A stretch of 64,000 bases of DNA from a virus (IMGVR_UViG_3300033072_000338:3383-67382), one strand, 5' to 3'; numbered from the stretch's first letter, positions 29,523 to 39,907 are shown. Numbers and translations are program-made. The notes: generated by a model from the sequence alone, not told the origin.

Positions 29523-30407
29523 TCACTTATGTTTGCAGTTGTCGCCGTGCCAACGTACGAGGTTGGTCGGTGAACATTCAAGACCACAGTGCGAGCAGGC
29601 TACGCGCTTCCACAACTTCGTTGCTTCGCTACGCGCCTTACGCGATGCACGGCCTTCGACTGTGTTGGGATCAAGCCGAGCTTTATGCGCGCGACTCATC
29701 CGTTCCTTAGTCTCAGCCGAACGTGGGCCTTTAACTGTTCCTAGCTGAGCCTTGGCGATATTCTCACGATGTGAAGCGCTGAGCTTGCGTCCGGTTAGGG
29801 CCGTGCTCAATGCAACACAGTGCGAATCCGACAAAGATCTGCCCGTCAACGCTGCGCTCTTACGTTTTCGGAGGCTTGCACCGCGTTCAGTATCTAGCCC
29901 GTTAGCCTCCCGCACAGAGGCGCTTATCTTCTCACGCTGATCGAATGTCTTAGAAACACCCTTCATTGCGGAGGACACAGCAGCCTTCTGTTCTGCAGAC
30001 GGGATATACCCGGTACAGATGTGTCGGTTAACAAGTAATCTACAGAACTCGTCGCTACCCAGTATTTCGAACAGCTGACGCAGTATACGCCCCTCAAACT
30101 CACGCGCATCAGCACGTGCTACAACACAGACCGTCTCGAAGTTCTCGAACCCGATTCGATGCACCTTAGGGGAAGATGTCCTGTAGGTATCACCAAACAT
30201 GGTTGGGTTTGCGCCCTTTGCCCAGCGGGCACCGAGATAGAGCTTGCCCGACTTCCTATGCCGTATGACATAAAAATACGGACTGTCGGTTTTGGTCGAG
30301 ACTGCGCGAGTGCCGCCCTTAAGATTGAACGACTTTATGCCGTTTAGTCTGGTGGGCGTCACTGAGAGGCTAGCGCGCTCCCTTGAGCGTGTGACGTTGA
30401 GGAACAT
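29523..30407 (-). mobile_element. Free-standing GIY-YIG homing endonuclease (NUMOD3 repeats)
   Basis: YFYVI...LYLGAR, Y.TSS, NUMOD3-like repeats (SASHRENIAKA; SAETKERMSRA), CSHCG..HGDNC. Start uncertain. Confidence 0.78.
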
Positions 30408-30522
30408 GGTTCTCCTGTATGAGAAGCATTGGTGGGCGTTGTGTGATACAGCACACGCGGGTTAATTACTCCCACGCCCCGAAACTACAAACAAAAGTGA
30501 ACGGACCTAGGTGACTCCGTGT

Positions 30523-31989
30523 TTAGACGAGAGGACGCTGGCCGGTCAGGATTGACATTGCGCCAGCAGAGGCCTTGACAGTGGTGCCCACATTGCGGTG
30601 AGCAGGACGCAGAAGAGCAGCTTGCAGCGAAGCGGGAACCGGCTCAGGAGCTTCTTCCACTTCGATGTCAAGGTCTTCACCTTCATCGTCCATCGGGGCT
30701 TCGAACTCGGAGTCCTCGGTGAGGTCGAGGGCTTCGGCGAACTGATTGCGGTGCTCTTCAGGCATCGCGGCCAGCTTCTTGGCCAGAGTGACGATAGCGC
30801 GAGCATAGCTCACACCGTGTTGGGCGAAAGCTGCACGCACCAGATTGCTACCGCCACGGACGCCGAGGCGCTGCAGTTCTGTTTCGAGCGAGGCTTTCAG
30901 TTCGTTCGGGGTGTCCTTGAAGAAGCGGCGGTTGATGCCGACAGCAGCGATGGCCAGGGCTTGGTCCATTGCCTTGTCTTGCTTGGCAGCGCTTTCCAGC
31001 TTCGTCTTCAGGGCGGCATCGACGCGAGCGTTGATGACCTTCGCTTGAACTTTCGACGAAGTGATCTTGACCTTGGCCAGAACGAAGCCACTTTGCACCA
31101 GACCCTTGCGGAGACCGCGAGTTTCCATGGTGTGAGCGACGACGTCTTGGAACTGATCGGTCAGATACACGTCCGACATGCCAGCCTTGCGAGCTGCCAT
31201 CGGAGTCATCGAAGCGATGATGCGATTGCCCTTGACGACGTGCACGACGTTGGCGAAGGTAGCGAAGGCGCAGCCTTCAGCATCATCGTCCATACCGTCC
31301 ACATCAGCGAGTGCAACAGCTTCCGTGTCCGGAGCCGGCTCGTCGAACGGCAGCGGTGCTTCGTCGACGGTCACTTCAGGTTCTTCGTCTGCAGCGACTT
31401 CGTGCTCTTCTCCTTCGGGGAAACCTTCCATGTCGGCCAGGTCCTCGAATTCAGCGTCGGCGTCAACTTCGTCCTCGACGAACTCTTCACCTTCGAACTC
31501 TTCGCCGCTGTGCACTTCGGTGGGCTCATCGTCGTCGCCGAACTCGTCGACTTCTTCGAAATCAGCTTCCACGGTGTCACCCGGGGTGATGTTGCCCTTG
31601 GGGGCATCTTCATCTTCCACTGAGGCGTTGTGGATAACTGGCATGCCAGCTTCCTGCTCCAGGTAACCCTTCGAGGGATCTTCCTCGTTGGGGATCTCGG
31701 CGATCTTGCCGCCGGTGGGCAGCTCTTCGTCCTTCAGCATTGATTGTGCTGAGACTTTCTTAACCGCCACTTTCGCAGCAGCCGCCTTCACGGGCTTCTT
31801 GTCGCCCTCGAAGTGAATGTCGCCCGAGGTGTGGGTGCTCACGCGGTCTTCGGTATCCTCAGGATACTTCAACAGCATGTCACCGGCCTGGGAGTTCTTC
31901 ACCCCGAATTCGGCATCTTCAACTTTGACCTTCTCTTGCCCTTGAGCAAAGTGAGTCGAAGTGGAAGACTGAACTCGTTGTTTCGTCAT
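30523..31989 (-). CDS. Putative prohead scaffold/core protein
   Basis: Very acidic central region and helical C-terminus. Lies between protease and capsid genes; ATG 31989 behind TAGGAG. Confidence 0.65.
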   Translation of the reverse strand: MTKQRVQSSTSTHFAQGQEKVKVEDAEFGVKNSQAGDMLLKYPEDTEDRVSTHTSGDIHFEGDKKPVKAAAAKVAVKKVSAQSMLKDEELPTGGKIAEIPNEEDPSKGYLEQEAGMPVIHNASVEDEDAPKGNITPGDTVEADFEEVDEFGDDDEPTEVHSGEEFEGEEFVEDEVDADAEFEDLADMEGFPEGEEHEVAADEEPEVTVDEAPLPFDEPAPDTEAVALADVDGMDDDAEGCAFATFANVVHVVKGNRIIASMTPMAARKAGMSDVYLTDQFQDVVAHTMETRGLRKGLVQSGFVLAKVKITSSKVQAKVINARVDAALKTKLESAAKQDKAMDQALAIAAVGINRRFFKDTPNELKASLETELQRLGVRGGSNLVRAAFAQHGVSYARAIVTLAKKLAAMPEEHRNQFAEALDLTEDSEFEAPMDDEGEDLDIEVEEAPEPVPASLQAALLRPAHRNVGTTVKASAGAMSILTGQRPLV

Positions 31990-32010
31990 GGACACTCCTA
32001 AATGATTTTT

Positions 32011-32055
32011 GGACAGCTTGTATCAGTCCACCGGTCAGACTGAAACTAGCTGTCC
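32011..32055 (-). other. Extended hairpin directly upstream of the scaffold RBS
   Basis: GGACAGCT...TCAGTC / GACTGA...AGCTGTCC inverted repeat. Confidence 0.55.
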
Positions 32056-32119
32056 CGGTTGGATATGCGGTGTAAAACACAGCACGAAATAAAATTAGGG
32101 GGTGTAAGAAAGTATGGGC

Positions 32120-32153
32120 AAAAGAAAAGCATCCCATTCATTTGGGATGCTTT
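32120..32153 (-). terminator. Intrinsic terminator
   Basis: AAAGCATCCCA/TGGGATGCTTT stem with a minus-strand U-rich tail (TTTTCTTTT). Confidence 0.75.
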
Positions 32154-32163
32154 GTTGTGCTCT

Positions 32164-32304
32164 TCAGCTGAGCAGTTCTGCAATGATTGCGTTGAGTTCC
32201 GTCGTTTGATTCATGCAGTCAACGAGAGCGTCATGTGCTCCGTCAATCAATTCCAAGTCTTTGTCAAACTTGTATCTTGCCTCGTGACGAGCACCAATCA
32301 CCAT
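32164..32304 (-). CDS. Small 46-aa ORF not in the supplied track
   Basis: Translated by hand as MVIGARHEARYKFDKDLELIDGAHDALVDCMNQTTELNAIIAELLS. Starts 1 nt after the protease stop and ends before the terminator. Confidence 0.5.
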   Translation of the reverse strand: MVIGARHEARYKFDKDLELIDGAHDALVDCMNQTTELNAIIAELLS

Positions 32305-32305
32305 G

Positions 32306-33103
32306 TCAGTCACCACCCCAGTTGAGCTGAAGATCAGACAGCGCTGGTGCCCAAGCAGGATCCCGTACGATGCTGAACTCGATGGGGCTCAGATCGTGTG
32401 CGTTCAAGAACGCGATGTGTTCTTCACCCCGGAACGTCACCGGATTCCAGTTGACTGCTTCAGTGCTTGTGATGTGCGAACAGTTCGTGAACCGATTCTT
32501 GGTAGCAGGTGCGCCACACACGCTACACGAGAAGAAGTCAGCAGTGCAACCCATGGACCCAGTGTTGATCTTTCCTTCCAACACTTCCTGCGCGATCTTG
32601 GGATCTTTGGTCTTGTCGATTGCCAACAGACCAAACACTTTCCAGTGCTTGTCGTCACCGAAACCCTTGATGCAGCGCAGAGCTGTGTCAATCACAACAC
32701 CGATGGCCTTAGTGCAGTCTTCGTTGTCGTGCTCGATGTGGATCGGTGTACCAACCCAACTCCGGTAAACCTGTCGGTTCATAGGAGGCGGCTGGAACTT
32801 CACCAACTCAGCCAGCGGGAATGAGATGCCGTTCCGATTAGGGATATCGGTAGGCATCAAGATCATCGGCTTCAGGATGTAGTCGTTGGGATCAGGGCTG
32901 ATGTGATATGTCTTCGCAGCGAACGGAAGCCAACTCTGCCAATCGAGCTTGGACAGAATGTCAGGCGAATCAGAGACGGTTGTTGCCGGTGAGTCGACTG
33001 ACATTTTGGTGTTGACGAACGCGTTATCCGCGACGACAGGGGTCGCACCAGCTTCACTGGACGGGCCGGTGCCTGATTCCAGATAAGCGGATGGGTATTT
33101 CAT
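32306..33103 (-). CDS. Putative prohead (capsid maturation) protease
   Basis: PNRNG..F, SWVGTPIHIEH, SMGC, CSVCG..C.HI, EFSIVRDPAW. Upstream of scaffold and capsid genes. Confidence 0.65.
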   Translation of the reverse strand: MKYPSAYLESGTGPSSEAGATPVVADNAFVNTKMSVDSPATTVSDSPDILSKLDWQSWLPFAAKTYHISPDPNDYILKPMILMPTDIPNRNGISFPLAELVKFQPPPMNRQVYRSWVGTPIHIEHDNEDCTKAIGVVIDTALRCIKGFGDDKHWKVFGLLAIDKTKDPKIAQEVLEGKINTGSMGCTADFFSCSVCGAPATKNRFTNCSHITSTEAVNWNPVTFRGEEHIAFLNAHDLSPIEFSIVRDPAWAPALSDLQLNWGGD

Positions 33104-33486
33104 TAGACACCTGCAAGATAGAGAACACCACCAGTCGTGAAGTTGACTCGTATAACGGTTGCCATGGTAGCAACGTTCACAATGCCAGAACTCGCGGTGA
33201 TGTTCTGTGATCCGGTCCAGATGTTGTTCTGGGCCGGGCTCAAGGCCAGATCGACGTCAGCCAGGGTGTAGTCGATAGCGACGGCTGTCGTACCGATGGC
33301 CTGCACCCAGACACCCTTGAAAAGTTGATCGAACTTCGGGTACAGTGCAGTGATTGGAACCAAGCGCGTTTGTCCGGTTTCACCGGTGAGGGTCACGTGA
33401 CCGAACGGAGCATGGGTGTGGACAATGCCGGAGCCTGTCCCCATGTTCGTTCCGTACGCGCCTCCGTAGTTACCGAGGCGTGCCAT
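33103..33486 (-). CDS. Putative virion protein
   Basis: 127-aa beta-rich coupled ORF in the head cluster. Confidence 0.55.
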   Translation of the reverse strand: MARLGNYGGAYGTNMGTGSGIVHTHAPFGHVTLTGETGQTRLVPITALYPKFDQLFKGVWVQAIGTTAVAIDYTLADVDLALSPAQNNIWTGSQNITASSGIVNVATMATVIRVNFTTGGVLYLAGV

Positions 33487-33488
33487 GA

Positions 33489-34049
33489 TCAAGCGGCCTT
33501 GTCAGCTTCAGTGGTTTCAGCCACGGGTGCTTCGGTCACGGGTGCTTGTGCTTCTTCAGCAGCCGGAGCAGCTTCAGTAGCAGGAGACTGCTCAGAAGCT
33601 GACGACAGAGCGTCGCTTGCAGCCTTTTCAGCTTCAGCCTTCTCAGCCACTTCTTGCTGAACCTGGGCCAGGACTCGTGCGGCAGTCAGAGCAGCTTCAG
33701 CAGCTTTGGCATTGGCAGCGTCGATGTTTGCCTGTGTCGTGGCAGTATCGGCCGCGTCATGGTCTTCAGGAATCGCCACCTGCGGAACTGTAGTGGATTC
33801 CGTCTTGGATTCCGTCGTGGTCGTTTCAACCTTGCCGATGATGACAGGCTCTGTCTTCGAGCCGGGAGCGACACCGTCGAAGTGCTCCTTGACGTAATCT
33901 TCAAATCGGTGGAATTCTTCACCGATCAGAACTCCGTTGAAGTACAGGTAGTCACGGACTTCCTGCAGTTCGTCGTACGCCAGATCAGCGGTTTCACGCA
34001 CCTTGTAACCTGCAGCGGCAGCCGCTTTCTTGAGGGATTCGAAGCTCAT
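33489..34049 (-). CDS. Ala/Glu/Thr-rich hypothetical protein
   Basis: ATG 34049 behind AGGAG. Low-complexity C-terminal half. Confidence 0.6.
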   Translation of the reverse strand: MSFESLKKAAAAAGYKVRETADLAYDELQEVRDYLYFNGVLIGEEFHRFEDYVKEHFDGVAPGSKTEPVIIGKVETTTTESKTESTTVPQVAIPEDHDAADTATTQANIDAANAKAAEAALTAARVLAQVQQEVAEKAEAEKAASDALSSASEQSPATEAAPAAEEAQAPVTEAPVAETTEADKAA

Positions 34050-34083
34050 GGATTCTCCTTGTGGGGGCAAGGCCCCCGATTGA

Positions 34084-37000
34084 TTAAGCACGACGACGTG
34101 CGGGTTTCACTGCAACTTTGCGGTTGTTGCCGCGTGGCTTCACAGCGGGTTCGCGACTCTTCGGACGCGGCGGAACAGCTTGTGGTCGCTTGTTCCGGGC
34201 GGGCCGTTCAGCCACTTCCTCATCATCAGCGCTCGGCTCTACAGCCATTGGGCGCTTCTTGCGGACAGTCGGATCGACGACCGGCAAGTCCTTCTCACGA
34301 AGATCCTTGTAGACAACGTTCTCATCGTCCGTACGTGGAGTGATCTTCTTGACTGAACGCGCATGCTGATTCAGCTCGGCAATGTTACCGATCTTGATGC
34401 CAGCAGCACGGATCTCCTCAAGGATCTTGTGAACCCCAGCAATGCTACCAACGAACTTGGACAGCATCGGAGATGCAAGCAGCCACTTCGTACCCGGAAC
34501 CTTGTACTTCGCTTGGATAGCCGCACGAGATCCAGGGTGTCCACCACCTGCAGGCATGCACAGATAGGCGACACCGTAGTTGGGAGCAACCTCGGCACCT
34601 TGCTTCTCTGAGCGAGCCTCGGCTTGACGCAGATTGAACGCGTTGTGCATACCACCGTCGGTGATGAGCGCAAACAGATTCAGCAGCTTCTTGTCCGAGT
34701 TGGCTTTCCATTCAACGCGCATGTAGTTCCGGAACGCGGCCGCGTTCATGGCACGAGCGTAGTCGCGGTGAGTACGCAAACCACCGCTTGCAAACTCCTG
34801 AGCCAGAATCTGGAAAGTATCGTTGTCCACCTTGGTTCCGATCTCGAAACCGTCGGCAGCCCACTTCTCAGCCTGAGCGATCAGTTGCTTGAATGTGCGG
34901 ATCTGCGTGTAGTAGTACGCCGGGTTAGCAGCGAAGCCAATCGCTTCCAATGCCTTGGCAGCTTTCGGGTTAGATTCCGGATCGAAACCAACTTGCATGA
35001 AGCCGTTGACCAGATTCAGCTGCAGGTTTACGACCAGCGGCTTCTCAGTCTTCTTGGCATCACGCTCGGCCTTGCGCTTGGCTTGACGTTCTGCCTCCTC
35101 ACGCGCCTCACGTTCCCGAATCATCTTCTTTGTCTCGCGCGTAACCTTGGAGGCGGCAGCAGGGACAGTGATGGTTCCGGTAACCTCGAGACCAGCGGCT
35201 TCGGCCAGCTTGTTCCGCATGTCGATACCGTTGGTTTCGGTACGAGTCACGATGAACGATGCCGTAACGTTGACGCCGATAGTCGTGCCATCGTCACACA
35301 TAACCCGGACACGGCGCAGAGTGGGTGAACCCGAAGCGCCTATGATGTAACCATCACCCTGTTCTGTGTGGCAACGCAAGCCCATGATGGCTTCCAGCTG
35401 CGGATTCCCAGTCGAAACATCTTCCTCTTCACCTGTCGTCTCATCGTCTTCCCCTTCTGGGGCCAAGTCCATGCCAAGGAAGTTGTCGACACGAACCATG
35501 CCAAGTTCAGACGCCTTGTAGAGTTCAGTACCCTGCGCGTAGGGGACACGCGACAGAAGACCACACCCTGGAGGAGTCGGGGCCTGCGGGATCTGAGTGA
35601 ACTTGAGCCCGCCTTCCGACAGGATCCGTCGCTTCTCGGACTCGTTCTCGTCCTGAATCACCTGGTTCAGGTGAGCCATAGACATAGCGTGCGCCTTCAA
35701 GTTGGTATTGAAGTCGTTCTGCGTCCGAATCACGTCGAGGGTAAGTGGCAGGATTGGTATGTCCTCGATGGCTTGGTACGCCGGATCAGTCGTGTTCTCG
35801 AACTTCGCCACCGCAACGATCTTGGCACGCAGACGCGCAGCCTTGGTCACGTCGATCGTGTGGTTCATCACAATCGTGTCGAACTGCAGCTCAGGTCGCT
35901 TGTCGCCACCGGGGCCGAAGTACGGACGTGCGATACGGGAGTCGCCCTGCTCTTGCTCACCTGGGGTCCAGACGTTGTCCAAGCGCACCAGCACGTTCGC
36001 AACCTGAAGGTTCAAACCAACTTCCAGGCTCTGCCGAATACCAACCATCCAGCGGATCTTCGGATCCGTCTTGAACTTGTTGACCAACTCGGTCTTGTTG
36101 GCAGCGGTGTACAGAAGGCCACACGCCTGCAATTCCGGGGGCATCTGATCAAAGACTGCAGAAGCAGACTCTGAATAGTTCACGAAGATCAGCGTCTTCG
36201 GATAGCTCGGATCCAGAACGTGATAGTTCGAGTGCATGCGCTCGATCAGTTTCAGGATCTTTGGAGACTTCTGGTCTTCACCAGTGAGAGGTGGCACATG
36301 CTCACCCTGCGTGTTGATGAAACCATTGCGGGCATACGGGTGGAACATCGGATTGGTGACAAACCGCTCGATGTCCGCGAGGTACGGCTGCAGGCTTGGG
36401 CCCGGATCGCCTTCATCGTCCAGCAGATCCTCATCGGTTTCCCCGTCCGTCTGCGCCTGGTCTTCTTCCATGTCGCTGAACTGGTCTTCTTCCTCCTTGG
36501 AAGCCTTCTTGCCCTGCATCTTGTCAAGCAGCAGCTTGGCACCCTTGTTGGTCTCCGCGTGCTTCTTGATCGACTGAACCATGTCGTCAAAGATGGCCTC
36601 GTAAACGGCCTGCTGAGCAGGCGTGAAGTTGACCGGGATGAAGCGGTCAATACGGCGAGGAAGAGCGCATGCCCATTCCTTGCGCTTGGCCTGACACCAC
36701 ACGACGTTCTGCTTGAGGTTGTGCATCACGTCAGACAGGCTGTTCTGTCCAGTAGTGCGCCACTTCATGACGCGACCACCGCGGATCTCTTCCCCGTACT
36801 TGCTGTTGAAGTCTTCGCGCGAACCGAGGATCGTGGGATCCAACACAGCGACTTGACCGGGCAGGTCAGAGGGGCTGTCGGGGTTCAATGTGCCCGAAGC
36901 AATTCGCTTCTTGGGGATGTCAGTCACCAAGCTCATGACCGCCTTGTAGCGGCTAGAGTTCGCATTCTTGATCAAGTGGACTTCGTCGATCAGCACGTAT

Positions 37001-39051
37001 TTGGGCTTGAATCGACGCAGCATCTCAACGACAGGATAAACGGTCGTTGATGTAGTGCCATACACGGTCTTCTTGGGGCGGTATTTCACCACGTTGAAGT
37101 CGACCACGAACACGCTGTTGACAGGAGCCGCACGCAGAATCTCTTCGTAGCGTGGCAGGCCGGTCACACGGATGTTGTACGACGTGACAGGAATGCAGTT
37201 GAGCTTGCCATCCGTAAACTCAACAATCTCCGACACGTAGTTCGCGACCAGGAACGACGGGCACATGAGGATGAACGGCCCTTGGCTTCCACGCGAGATC
37301 TCTTGCAGCACGTCAGTGATTGCCATCGGCGATTTACCGCCACCGGCTGGCACTGCGAGGACAGCTGAATCCGGGCTCTCACGCAGCATATTGCGAATGC
37401 GAGCCTGGTGAGGCAACAGGCCACCTTCGGGGCTGTTCATCTTGGCTGCAACCATCGGCATCGGGGGCGGTGTCCAGTTTGGATCCGCACCTTGTTCAGC
37501 GTAGACCTTGGTTGCATTGTTTGCGGCAACCGTCGTCTCGCTCAGTTTCGTAGCATAGTTAGCCACTAGTGACAGATAGCCAAGGAAGTCGATAACCGTC
37601 CGCACCGAGTACTTCGTGTACAGAGCCTCGATGTTCTCCAGGCAAGCGGTATGCAGGGCACCAATGAAGATACCAAACGGACGGAAACGCGGATCCTCCG
37701 ATTCCGGAGACAGATCCATGTACCGGAGACGGATACCTTCGATCTTTGTTTGACCGAAGATGATGCGTGCATACTGGTCGACCGCCATATCGTTCTTGCC
37801 GGGACCGAAGTAACGGTCCAAGATCTGGCGCTCTTCTTCGTTGTGCGTGAAACGAGTTACCGACGCAGAGATGTTGCACAGTTCGGCCCAGGACTTCAAG
37901 CTCTTGACCCAGTCCTCGGAAACTTCGCGGCGCAGGATGTTCATCGCCATCGAGGGCGTGCAGCGGCGGAAGTGCTCGAGAGGCAGTGTCTCAGGGCGAC
38001 CTGCGGTGTTCGAGAAGGTGAACTTGTAGTTCACCCAATCCGTCAAGATTGGGATGTTCGCGGGCAGAGCAGTCCGCAACATACCCTCAGCACCGTGGAT
38101 GAGCTGAAAGCTACCATCTTCACGGACGCCACAAGCGTTGAACTTCTGTTCGTACTTGCTGGTGTTGTCGCACTGAGCAGGCAGCCAAATAGGGTCACCA
38201 GACATGTTGATGGTGATGCCGTAGTCATCAACACGTTCGTCGCTCTTGTCGTGGGTGGGCAGCGTTGCGCTGATACGGGACAGCGGGAACGAAGTCTTGC
38301 CGTATCGACGGTTGTCGTACTCGGCCTGAACCCACATGGAGAACAGCGGGTACAGATCCACGGGGCGGATTTCGAGCCAAGCGGTGTTGACCAGGAACTC
38401 GCAAACGTCCTTCGGGATCTTGAATACTATGAAGAAGGTGATGCCCGAAACTTCGGATTCAATCTCCACGTGTTGAACACACTGGCGGAAAAGTTCTTCA
38501 GCTTTGGGGCTGATACCGCGTGCATTCTGGAGGCAGAATCCCAGCTCGTACTTGTGCGGACCGCGCTCGTTGGACAGAACCTTGAGGGTTTCGAAAGCCT
38601 CGGTAGGAATCGTCGACACGGAACCACCAAGGGCCCCGAAAGCTGTGGAGAGCGAGTACGGGTTGTTGAAGTGCAGGATCGGCAGCTTCAACTCGAAGTA
38701 CGAATCTTCACCAGCCGACACCTTCGTCAGCTTCGTGTAGAACGGCAGAGCCATGTTGGCTCGCTGGGTGTACCACTCAGTGAGAGTCTTCTTGCTGGCG
38801 CGCTTTGCAGCCCGCTCTTCTTGGGTAACTGCGCGCTTCGGTCGCTCCAGCGGGAGACCAGCGGTGTCCATGATGGCACCAAGAACCAGCTTGGTCAGGG
38901 TCTTTGCTTCGCTTCCGGGATAGATGCCGTTGAAGACACCCAGGAAACCTGTTCGCTGCTTTTCTTTCGGTAGGCTGAACTCATGATCAGCCACCAAGTT
39001 TGTAGCGCTCCGCTGTTCGAGGAACGCTTCAAGACGGGTTGATGTGTCCAT
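34084..39051 (-). CDS. Large SNF2-type SF2 helicase/ATPase
   Basis: VPAGGGKS, LIDEVH, ASGT, LIFVNY, LEVGLNLQ, QGDSRIAR. Long N- and C-terminal extensions (1655 aa). Confidence 0.8.
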   Translation of the reverse strand: MDTSTRLEAFLEQRSATNLVADHEFSLPKEKQRTGFLGVFNGIYPGSEAKTLTKLVLGAIMDTAGLPLERPKRAVTQEERAAKRASKKTLTEWYTQRANMALPFYTKLTKVSAGEDSYFELKLPILHFNNPYSLSTAFGALGGSVSTIPTEAFETLKVLSNERGPHKYELGFCLQNARGISPKAEELFRQCVQHVEIESEVSGITFFIVFKIPKDVCEFLVNTAWLEIRPVDLYPLFSMWVQAEYDNRRYGKTSFPLSRISATLPTHDKSDERVDDYGITINMSGDPIWLPAQCDNTSKYEQKFNACGVREDGSFQLIHGAEGMLRTALPANIPILTDWVNYKFTFSNTAGRPETLPLEHFRRCTPSMAMNILRREVSEDWVKSLKSWAELCNISASVTRFTHNEEERQILDRYFGPGKNDMAVDQYARIIFGQTKIEGIRLRYMDLSPESEDPRFRPFGIFIGALHTACLENIEALYTKYSVRTVIDFLGYLSLVANYATKLSETTVAANNATKVYAEQGADPNWTPPPMPMVAAKMNSPEGGLLPHQARIRNMLRESPDSAVLAVPAGGGKSPMAITDVLQEISRGSQGPFILMCPSFLVANYVSEIVEFTDGKLNCIPVTSYNIRVTGLPRYEEILRAAPVNSVFVVDFNVVKYRPKKTVYGTTSTTVYPVVEMLRRFKPKYVLIDEVHLIKNANSSRYKAVMSLVTDIPKKRIASGTLNPDSPSDLPGQVAVLDPTILGSREDFNSKYGEEIRGGRVMKWRTTGQNSLSDVMHNLKQNVVWCQAKRKEWACALPRRIDRFIPVNFTPAQQAVYEAIFDDMVQSIKKHAETNKGAKLLLDKMQGKKASKEEEDQFSDMEEDQAQTDGETDEDLLDDEGDPGPSLQPYLADIERFVTNPMFHPYARNGFINTQGEHVPPLTGEDQKSPKILKLIERMHSNYHVLDPSYPKTLIFVNYSESASAVFDQMPPELQACGLLYTAANKTELVNKFKTDPKIRWMVGIRQSLEVGLNLQVANVLVRLDNVWTPGEQEQGDSRIARPYFGPGGDKRPELQFDTIVMNHTIDVTKAARLRAKIVAVAKFENTTDPAYQAIEDIPILPLTLDVIRTQNDFNTNLKAHAMSMAHLNQVIQDENESEKRRILSEGGLKFTQIPQAPTPPGCGLLSRVPYAQGTELYKASELGMVRVDNFLGMDLAPEGEDDETTGEEEDVSTGNPQLEAIMGLRCHTEQGDGYIIGASGSPTLRRVRVMCDDGTTIGVNVTASFIVTRTETNGIDMRNKLAEAAGLEVTGTITVPAAASKVTRETKKMIREREAREEAERQAKRKAERDAKKTEKPLVVNLQLNLVNGFMQVGFDPESNPKAAKALEAIGFAANPAYYYTQIRTFKQLIAQAEKWAADGFEIGTKVDNDTFQILAQEFASGGLRTHRDYARAMNAAAFRNYMRVEWKANSDKKLLNLFALITDGGMHNAFNLRQAEARSEKQGAEVAPNYGVAYLCMPAGGGHPGSRAAIQAKYKVPGTKWLLASPMLSKFVGSIAGVHKILEEIRAAGIKIGNIAELNQHARSVKKITPRTDDENVVYKDLREKDLPVVDPTVRKKRPMAVEPSADDEEVAERPARNKRPQAVPPRPKSREPAVKPRGNNRKVAVKPARRRA

Positions 39052-39367
39052 ATTGCTTTGCGTAGTTTTGTCGATCGGTTAGAAATTGCTGGAATCGGTT
39101 GTACTCTTCCAGCTCGGCCTGTGACGCACACCCTTCCTTGGCTAGGCGATAGAGTTCACGCATCTTCTGCAAGCTCTCCACTGAGAGCTTGACATCGACG
39201 TAACGGTTGAAGTCACGACGTGCAAGGCGGAACTTGACCGTGTCCGGCTTGCATTTCAGCTGATTGCACAGGTAGCGTGTGATGATCACGTTGACTAGGC
39301 TCTTGAATGAAGAAGAGGTGCTAGCCGAACCTGAAGTACCCGCCACCGTGAAATCCACGGTAATCAC
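39029..39367 (-). CDS. Hypothetical protein
   Basis: 112-aa coupled ORF. Confidence 0.55.
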   Translation of the reverse strand: MITVDFTVAGTSGSASTSSSFKSLVNVIITRYLCNQLKCKPDTVKFRLARRDFNRYVDVKLSVESLQKMRELYRLAKEGCASQAELEEYNRFQQFLTDRQNYAKQYGHINPS

Positions 39368-39615
39368 TTCTTAGCCTTCCCAGACGAGACCTCGGTTGGG
39401 TAATCCAAGGTCTGCAGATCGTCCATGAGAAGGTGCTTCTCCTCAGGGGTTTCGACACCACCGTCGTCGTGTGTGAGCTTCTGAACAACAGGCTCTTCCT
39501 TCGAAGGATCCCCGTCAATCATCGTGTCGAAGGAAGTCCCGTTGTCTTCGATCAGTTCGTCGACAGGATCGTCCTCAGTAGCCCGCAGGCGTGTCTTGGC
39601 AAGAATGAGTGTCAT
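39364..39615 (-). CDS. Small acidic protein with LAKTRLRAT leader
   Basis: 83 aa, AAGGA RBS. Reads MTLILAKTRLRATEDD. Confidence 0.6.
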   Translation of the reverse strand: MTLILAKTRLRATEDDPVDELIEDNGTSFDTMIDGDPSKEEPVVQKLTHDDGGVETPEEKHLLMDDLQTLDYPTEVSSGKAKK

Positions 39616-39618
39616 GCT

Positions 39619-39891
39619 TCATTTCCTTTTCGGATGCCCTGGGTGCCGCCGATCGTGGCAGTTCTCACACAGGCTTATGAGATTGGATTTGGTCGTAGTT
39701 CCACCCCTGCTCAGTGCGATGATATGATGCACTTCAGTGGCTTTGGCACCGCATATGCACCGACCCTTGTCACGCAGCATGACTTCCTTACGGATGTCCC
39801 ACCATTTGACTTGGTTGTTCGAGTAACCATCACGTTGGATTCGGGCGGTGCCAGAGGCAGAACGACGTACGAAGGGTCGCCGGCTTTTCAT
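39619..39891 (-). CDS. Small HNH endonuclease
   Basis: CICG...EVHHII..SRGG....NLISLCENCH...H. Confidence 0.88.
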   Translation of the reverse strand: MKSRRPFVRRSASGTARIQRDGYSNNQVKWWDIRKEVMLRDKGRCICGAKATEVHHIIALSRGGTTTKSNLISLCENCHDRRHPGHPKRK

Positions 39892-39907
39892 TTAAGGGCC
39901 TCAATGC

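Noticed and set aside
39619-39891. Small HNH as a terminase-associated packaging nuclease
   Set aside because: No terminase or portal is recognisable in the window, so the link cannot be supported.
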